From positions 1-14,116 of the forward strand of contig JAHLWS010000009.1 of NCBI GenBank assembly GCA_019057795.1: a stretch of DNA of 14,116 nt, in the 5' to 3' direction. The notes beneath the pieces are model-generated. The model worked only from the letters and a program-made list of their open reading frames with translations. It was not told the origin of the DNA and did no database searches. The stretch comes from Promethearchaeota archaeon (lineage in GTDB: Archaea > Asgardarchaeota > Lokiarchaeia > Sigyniarchaeales > SOKP01). The stretch's first letter is position 1; each line of letters opens with the position of its first letter. Shown here in pieces: positions 8,508 through 14,116 of the stretch. The translations under genes were made by a program, and so were the position numbers.

Positions 8508-10292
8508 TTGAAGATTAAATTGCCATTAAATATTAATTTTGGAAATGTCGTAAGAAGAAAAATCAAAAAATTTCTAGATGATATAGAAAAAGAATTAAAT
8601 CTCCTTGAAAATGAGAATATTTTAAAAGAGTTTAAACGGAATAACTTTACGATTTTGAAGAAAGAAGGTTTACCATTTCTAATTAAGGAATTTCAATCTT
8701 TCAACCATAAAAAGAAGATTGATTCTATTATCCTCATAAATATTGGATTTCTTTCGATTACAAAGAAGTCGGGCATTCAATTTGAAGATATTGATTTTTT
8801 AGACTTTATAATCAATTTGTTATCCTCAGCAGATTTTTTTAAATATGGATTAATATCTTTTCATTTACTATTAAATCGGTATACTAGATATGAAAATAGC
8901 ATTCAGGGTTATAATAATTTCTTTTTCCAACTGTTAATAAAAGAAATTGATGAAAGCAAGAGATATTTTTTGTATCAAATAATCATTAAAGGTTTAACTG
9001 ATAATAAAGAAATAGAAAAAAATCCAGATCATTTCTTTGAAATATTGGACAAACATTTAATCACGGACTATAGAACTACTGGTAATTTAACATATAATTT
9101 ATTTTTTGAAAAAATCTTCAAAACAAATGTTGATTTGTTAAAAAAATACGAAGATCTATTATACGGGTTAGTTGAATCCAATTTAACACAGATTTTTCAA
9201 AAAGATAATGTCTTTACGGTCTTTAAACATATATATGTCAATCTCTACAACAAAGAGAAAGAATTATTCCAAAAAATTGATGATTATCTTGAAAAAAATA
9301 TTGGAAATATCACCTTTTTTAATAAGTTAATAGATTTTATCTCTAATTTTATGCCTAATAATTTTTCTCATCTATTTTACAAAAAATTTTATAAAAAATA
9401 TTTTAATTTATCCTATCAGTTAAAAGATCAAAGGAGGTTTTACGAACTCGGATTATTGTGGGGGCGTTTTAATATTTATAGCTTAAAAGATTCACAAAAT
9501 GAGGAATTAATTGATAAGGTTTTTTTTAAAAAGTTAATAGATGATTTCAATACTGTGTTACATTCTGGAAAATCGCCATTATTTAATGCTCAATATATGG
9601 AAATAGAAATATTACTTGGACTTCGCCCTGTAATTAAACCAATTAAGGTATTAGAAAAAACAAAAAAAATTGGGAGTTTACAGCTCTCTGAAAAAAAACC
9701 AATGGAACTTACCGAAGAAAAAATCTTACAAATTTTAATAAAGGATATAGCTATTCTACAACAGACGAAAATGATGCTAAAAGAAGAGGAAGATAAATAT
9801 ACTCTCTATTTATCTAAATTATTAAATAATTCATTAGCACCTTTAAACTACTTTACTGATGTTCAAGATCTCTCTGGTAAAACAGAGAAAAAAGATAATA
9901 AAAATCCCGAATTAGGAGGTATTGGGCAACTTGATTTAAGAATTCTCAATGGAAACGGTGAATTATGTCATATAGGTGAAGCCCTAATTTTGAATAGTAT
10001 AAATACAAATTATACTAAAGCCCACTTGAAGAAAATATTTTATTATGATGCAAATGGTCTACCCATTAATTTTTTGATAATTTATTCAAAAGTGAAAGAT
10101 TTCGATTCATTATGGCAGAAATACTCTAATTTAGTAAGGGATTATAATTTTGAATATCCTCTAGTAAAAAAAGAATTTGTAAATCTTTCTAAAAAGCTGT
10201 CCAAATATGCAGGGATTAAAATAGGTTTAACAACTCATCTAAGAGATGGGAACTTATGCAAGCTATATCACTTTTTTATTGATTTGAAATAG
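8508..10292 (+). CDS. Large hypothetical protein: helical-repeat-like N-terminus plus putative PD-(D/E)xK-like nuclease C-terminus
   Basis: C-terminal EEDKYTLYLSKLL...QDLSG...GQLDLRI...HIGEALIL...HLKKIFYYDANG...FLIIY; N-terminal ~380 aa is amphipathic and Leu/Ile/Phe-rich. TTG start is uncertain. Confidence 0.55.
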   Translation: MKIKLPLNINFGNVVRRKIKKFLDDIEKELNLLENENILKEFKRNNFTILKKEGLPFLIKEFQSFNHKKKIDSIILINIGFLSITKKSGIQFEDIDFLDFIINLLSSADFFKYGLISFHLLLNRYTRYENSIQGYNNFFFQLLIKEIDESKRYFLYQIIIKGLTDNKEIEKNPDHFFEILDKHLITDYRTTGNLTYNLFFEKIFKTNVDLLKKYEDLLYGLVESNLTQIFQKDNVFTVFKHIYVNLYNKEKELFQKIDDYLEKNIGNITFFNKLIDFISNFMPNNFSHLFYKKFYKKYFNLSYQLKDQRRFYELGLLWGRFNIYSLKDSQNEELIDKVFFKKLIDDFNTVLHSGKSPLFNAQYMEIEILLGLRPVIKPIKVLEKTKKIGSLQLSEKKPMELTEEKILQILIKDIAILQQTKMMLKEEEDKYTLYLSKLLNNSLAPLNYFTDVQDLSGKTEKKDNKNPELGGIGQLDLRILNGNGELCHIGEALILNSINTNYTKAHLKKIFYYDANGLPINFLIIYSKVKDFDSLWQKYSNLVRDYNFEYPLVKKEFVNLSKKLSKYAGIKIGLTTHLRDGNLCKLYHFFIDLK

Positions 10293-10822
10293 TTTTCAAT
10301 AATTAAAATTTCCTTTATCCTTTCTTTCTCTACTGTCTTTTCGCGTTGCTCTCCCCATTACTCGGGGAAAAAATGTATGAGTTATTTGATATATCTTTGT
10401 CGATAATCTATAAAAAGTTAATTCAAATAATAAGAACCATGGAAAATAAAAATTAAAAGACAAAAATCCAGGGTAGTACGGCGGCAGGAACCATATTTAA
10501 TTAATTTCATTTTAATCGTAATTTTTTTATGTAGTTTTCCAATATATTTTTTCCAAACTGAAAGTAGAATAGTATTCATCTTATAAGAGGTTTTTTAATA
10601 GTTAGCCAAATGAAAGACTATGCATTATTTTGCCTATTTTTATTTCTGTCTATTTCAAATTTTTTTTATTGTTTTTCTTAATCAATATATTTAGAGCTCC
10701 CTCTTTATTTAAAGAAAAAAGCAAATAAAAAATTAAAATTTAAAGGCAAAAAAAAGAAATTTTACTAAAAAATATTACTAAGAAGCGATTAAAAAATCCT
10801 ATTATTTAGAGATTTAAATAGT

Positions 10823-10990
10823 TCAAATTAGATTTGTATTGCTTGAATATTTAGCTCTATCTAATTCTTTTAGAACCACATATGGTACTAATATACTTAT
10901 CTCTTGATCACTAAGGATAGATCTCCATTTAATCTCAGTAATGAACTTTCCATGAAGTAAAAGATTCGTATCAAGAACTAAAATTTTCAT
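10823..10990 (-). pseudogene. Truncated PIN-domain ribonuclease (55 aa)
   Basis: MKILVLDTNLLLHG...ILVPYVVLKELDRAK, then TGA; only the first two PIN motifs are present. Confidence 0.75.
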
Positions 10991-11300
10991 TGAATTTTTT
11001 AAATTTAGTGTTTAATTTCTTTTATATCTCTTTTTAATATATTTTTTTTGGATTGTAGAATTACTTTTCCAATTCTTGCATTATTCTCACAGTTGTTTTT
11101 AGGAATTAATTTTATTATCTCTTTTTTAATTAAAGTAGCAATTTCTTCTATAGAATCGTTTTTAAATTCCCCGATGTAAGTAAAATTCTCGTTATCGAAT
11201 TAAAAATATAAAAAACGCAGAATAATGTGGTCTAATTTTTACTTTGGATTGGAAAACTTTCTCATAATATTCTTCTGCTCGGATATAAGAAATAGTAGTA

Positions 11301-11582
11301 TTATGGGTAATTACAACCCAAAAAAACGTTAAATTGACAATCCGGGAAATAAATGTATATAGAATAGCCAAGAAGAGGAAGCACTACAATACTTAAAAGA
11401 GTCCAAATTCTAGAAATATAAAAAAATATTACTGAAAGAAGAATTAAATAAAATATAAAGAAGAAAAATTCAGGTTTGGTTATTAAATAATTCACTAAAT
11501 AGCAAAAAAGTATTCCTGTAGCAGCAGCAACACCCTGGCCGCCTCTAAATTTTAAATAGAATGGAAAGATGTGACCTACGAT
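11301..11582 (-). pseudogene. plsY: Fragment of PlsY-like glycerol-3-phosphate acyltransferase
   Basis: In frame upstream of the 64-aa track ORF: IVGHIFPFYLKFRGGQGVAAATGIL (PlsY motif 2, canonically GHxFPxxxxFxGGKGVA). In-frame TGA lies at 11583-11585, and there is no motif 1 or start. Confidence 0.7.
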
Positions 11583-11818
11583 TCAATATATCTTTTCTCA
11601 AGAGTGGCAATTAATTGATCAAATAATATTGGAAAATATTGTCTCTTTATTTCTATTATTTTTATATTTATAAATCTATCACGATTAGAGTGCAAACAAA
11701 AAGAAAATTACTCCATTTTATTAATTAATTGATAACAGCCATTATATTAATTGTACGATTTTATCAAAATAAAAATTAATTATTAAGACTTAGAATTCAA
11801 TAATTATTAGTATTTATA

Positions 11819-12307
11819 ATGGTTCGAAGAGCTTTTTTTAGTTTTCATTATGAACGAGATATTTGGCGTTCTAATGTTGTTAGAAATAGCTGGGTTACAA
11901 AAGATCGGGAATCTGCTGGATTTTGGGATGCTTCTCTTTGGGAAAAAACAAAATTAAAGGGAGAAAATGCTTTAAAAAGATTAATTGATGAAGGGCTGAA
12001 AAACACATCTGTTACTGTGGTTTTAATCGGAAGAGAAACTGCCTATAGAAAATGGGTTCTTTATGAAATTGAACAAAGTCATTATAAAGGAAATGGATTA
12101 TTGGGGATTTATATTCATGGAATAAAGGATCAACATGGTGAAACTGATTTTAAAGGTCCTAATCCTTTTAAGAAATTGTATATTGAAAAGAGGTGGTATA
12201 AGAAATATCTTTCAGAACTTTATCCAACATATTACTGGAAATTAAGTGTCGGTTATTATTATTTAGGGCAGTGGATTGAAGAAGCTGCGCAAAGAGCAGG
12301 AAAATAA
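11819..12307 (+). CDS. thsB: Thoeris ThsB-like TIR domain protein (DUF1863/MTH538-like)
   Basis: RAFFSFHYERDIWRSNVVRNSW, LKNTSVTVVLIG, RKWVLYEI (catalytic Glu), GNGLLGIYI, WIEEAA. Confidence 0.9.
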   Translation: MVRRAFFSFHYERDIWRSNVVRNSWVTKDRESAGFWDASLWEKTKLKGENALKRLIDEGLKNTSVTVVLIGRETAYRKWVLYEIEQSHYKGNGLLGIYIHGIKDQHGETDFKGPNPFKKLYIEKRWYKKYLSELYPTYYWKLSVGYYYLGQWIEEAAQRAGK

Positions 12308-12313
12308 ATAGGG

Positions 12314-12703
12314 TTATTTTCTACTCAATTCGTCATTTATTTCTCTGACATCCCAATTTAATATTTTTAATTTACTAATGATTTTAGGTACTCCTCCATA
12401 AGTTTTGGGTATTCTAACCAGTATTATTTTAATACCTAATGAAGATGCTACACTTAATTCATAAATAACTCCTGTAGCATTCTGCGTGTCCTGACCAATT
12501 AAGCAAATTAAAGCTTCACAATCTCTTATTTTGTCCATTAAATATTTTTTCCAAATGTTTTCTCCCTTATTTCTTAAATCATGCCTTTCTCTATCAGTAA
12601 GATGGCGATACTTATTGTTTGGATTCCTTAACAACCCATTCATTCCATCAGCATAGTTTTTATCTTCCCATTTATAACTCAAAAAAACTTGAATTTTAAA
12701 CAC
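12314..12703 (-). CDS. Second TIR domain protein (ThsB/DUF1863-like)
   Basis: VFLSYKWED, KIRDCEALICLIG, GVIYELSVA (catalytic Glu), KIILVRI, ILNWD. Confidence 0.82.
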   Translation of the reverse strand: MFKIQVFLSYKWEDKNYADGMNGLLRNPNNKYRHLTDRERHDLRNKGENIWKKYLMDKIRDCEALICLIGQDTQNATGVIYELSVASSLGIKIILVRIPKTYGGVPKIISKLKILNWDVREINDELSRK

Positions 12704-12739
12704 CTTAACATAATTTGTTTATCCAATGGTTATTCGAAA

Positions 12740-12756
12740 TTATAAACTTTATTAAG
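12740..12756. promoter_or_regulatory. Back-to-back putative TATA boxes of a divergent promoter (TIR2 / TM gene)
   Basis: TTTATAA on the minus strand (12746-12740) and TTTATTAA on the plus strand (12748-12755, ~27-34 nt before ATG 12782). The region is AT-rich, so specificity is low. Confidence 0.35.
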
Positions 12757-12775
12757 TAAAAATTGTAAATATAAT

Positions 12776-13231
12776 TTGAAGATGTCAAATAATGAAAAAA
12801 GTGATGCAATCTATAGTCAATACTTTACTATAATTCAAGATGTAATAAATAGAATGGCTCAAAATTCTTTTTTAATTAAAGCTTGGGCAGTTACATTAAT
12901 AGCAGCGATTTTTATTCTTACATTTTCAATTGTAAATATTTTAATTTTTGGGGTTTTATTAGCAATTACTATTATTTTTTGGGTATTAGATTCATATTAT
13001 CTAAAACTTGAAAGAGTTTATAGACGACTTTATAAAACTAAAGTAGAAGAATATAACGATATTCAGAAAAGGAAAAGTATGAAATTGTTTGATATGGATT
13101 ATGAACCTTTTAAAAAACTTGAACAAAGAATACTAAGAATAATGGTGTCCAAAACAGAGATTTTATTTTACTTTCCAATGATTGGAACTTTAACTTGTTT
13201 CCTAATAATATCAATAGTTCTGATATTTTAA
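12776..13231 (+). CDS. Small 3-TM membrane protein, candidate TIR-associated effector (probable start ATG 12782)
   Basis: IIQDVINRMAQNSFLIKAW...FWVLDSYYLKLERVYRRLY signature; hydrophobic hairpin plus a C-terminal TM helix. Confidence 0.75.
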   Translation: MKMSNNEKSDAIYSQYFTIIQDVINRMAQNSFLIKAWAVTLIAAIFILTFSIVNILIFGVLLAITIIFWVLDSYYLKLERVYRRLYKTKVEEYNDIQKRKSMKLFDMDYEPFKKLEQRILRIMVSKTEILFYFPMIGTLTCFLIISIVLIF

Positions 13232-13400
13232 AGCTTATATTTATTTAAATTTCTTTTTGATAATTTTCTCTATTCTTTCTAGTCGCTCTTCAGGATTTTC
13301 TTAAATCTGTATTATACTATTTAACAAAGATCATTGAATATTCTCTATTCCATTTATATCTAAAATAACTTTTACATTGCAACAAAATTTGAAGTCAAAT

Positions 13401-13493
13401 TCATTTAATACCGAGATGTGTTACCATATAGCTCTCCAGATTATCTCTTTCATAACGAAAACTAAAAAATGCGCCCCTAACCAGTTTAAACAC
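13401..13493 (-). pseudogene. Degenerate N-terminal remnant of a ThsB-like TIR gene
   Basis: Translates (VFK)LVRGAFFSFRYERD; after a 1-nt shift it reads IWRA. Compare MVRRAFFSFHYERDIWRS of 11819..12307. Confidence 0.75.
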
Positions 13494-14108
13494 CTACTTT
13501 TTCTCTTTATTTCCTTTCTTTCCTTTTTTATTTAGTTCCTCAATTCCTTTTTTAAATCCTTTTTCTATATGTTCTCCAGATTTAAGATGAACTGGTATCC
13601 TTTTTGAATAATTTTTTTCTTGATTAGATCGATTGGGACTATCACGGGCACCTCTTTCAAAGATTTCTATAAAGGGTTTACTTGCTTTAATCGTCTTTCG
13701 TACTTCAGATTGACCACCTTCGTGTCTTTTTTCCCCCGTTTTTGAGGAGGGTGGAACAACACGAACTACAATGTCAGCCTTTCTCACCATCTTTTTTTCA
13801 CGATTATTTGTTTCCGTTGGTGATGTTTTTTCGCCAGGTTTCCAATGATGCTTATCTAATATTGATTTAAAACCTTTCATTTTATCGATTTTTTCTGCTA
13901 ATTTGTGAGCCTTTGTCGTACCATAACCTATTCTATTATCATGAATCACTAGGACTTTTTTATTAGTTGGAGGTCTCTTCTTTGCGGGAGTTTTTTTTGG
14001 AGTGGTAAGCTTCTTCTTAGCTGGAGGTGTGTTCTTAGCATGACGGTTTTTAGGTTTGGAAGGATGCGTCGTAGCTGGATGTGTAGTCGTAGCGGGTCTG
14101 GTTTTCCG
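13494..14108 (-). CDS. Divergent TIR/nucleoside-deoxyribosyltransferase-like protein with Lys/Pro/Thr-rich N-terminal extension; start unresolved
   Basis: KKVLVIHD (beta1), REKKMVRKADIVVRVV, HEGGQSEV (Glu), ASKPFIEIF. The frame stays open 53 codons upstream of the GTG at 13949, up to TAA at 14109-14111. Confidence 0.55.
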   Translation of the reverse strand, partial: RKTRPATTTHPATTHPSKPKNRHAKNTPPAKKKLTTPKKTPAKKRPPTNKKVLVIHDNRIGYGTTKAHKLAEKIDKMKGFKSILDKHHWKPGEKTSPTETNNREKKMVRKADIVVRVVPPSSKTGEKRHEGGQSEVRKTIKASKPFIEIFERGARDSPNRSNQEKNYSKRIPVHLKSGEHIEKGFKKGIEELNKKGKKGNKEKK

Positions 14109-14116
14109 TTATGAAG

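Noticed and set aside
8366-8566. 66-aa hydrophobic ORF
   Set aside because: Its F/I/L/N/K composition is what AT-rich intergenic DNA yields, and it overlaps the start of the large gene.
10293-10822. Short ORFs and GC-rich spots (TCCCC-N7-GGGGA hairpin, CAGGGTAGTACGGCGGCAGG)
   Set aside because: All frames are interrupted and no family is recognisable; probably debris.
11819-13231. Calling the locus canonical Thoeris type I/II
   Set aside because: No SIR2, SLOG or Macro domain gene in the window.
13240-13400. Minus-strand reading ...DINGIENIQ*SLLNSIIQI*ENPEERLERIEKIIKKKFK*
   Set aside because: Looks like a decayed gene end but has two internal stops and no identifiable homology, including none to TIR1.
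1-14116. CRISPR array, rRNA or tRNA genes
   Set aside because: No regularly spaced repeats or RNA gene signatures seen.

Overview
Very AT-rich window with archaeal-style promoters; it resembles Asgard/Lokiarchaeia-type DNA, but that is inference only. The left half (1-6688) holds five genes: an archaeosortase/exosortase-like membrane protein running off the edge and missed by the ORF track, a multi-HTH protein with an HNH-like motif, an L-fucose/L-arabinose isomerase-family enzyme, a haloalkane dehalogenase and a GT87 glycosyltransferase. The right half looks like an accessory/defence region. It contains a complete IS630 element (7078-8231, TA duplication, -1 frameshifted transposase), a large helical protein with a C-terminal PD-(D/E)xK-like domain, and gene debris (truncated PIN and PlsY fragments). 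It ends in a compact cluster of two ThsB/DUF1863 TIR genes, a 3-TM protein, a ThsB remnant and a third divergent TIR/NDT-like gene with a Lys/Pro/Thr-rich extension. No ThsA (SIR2-SLOG or Macro) effector is present in the window, so this multi-TIR + small membrane protein cluster is the best candidate for an undescribed Thoeris-like system.
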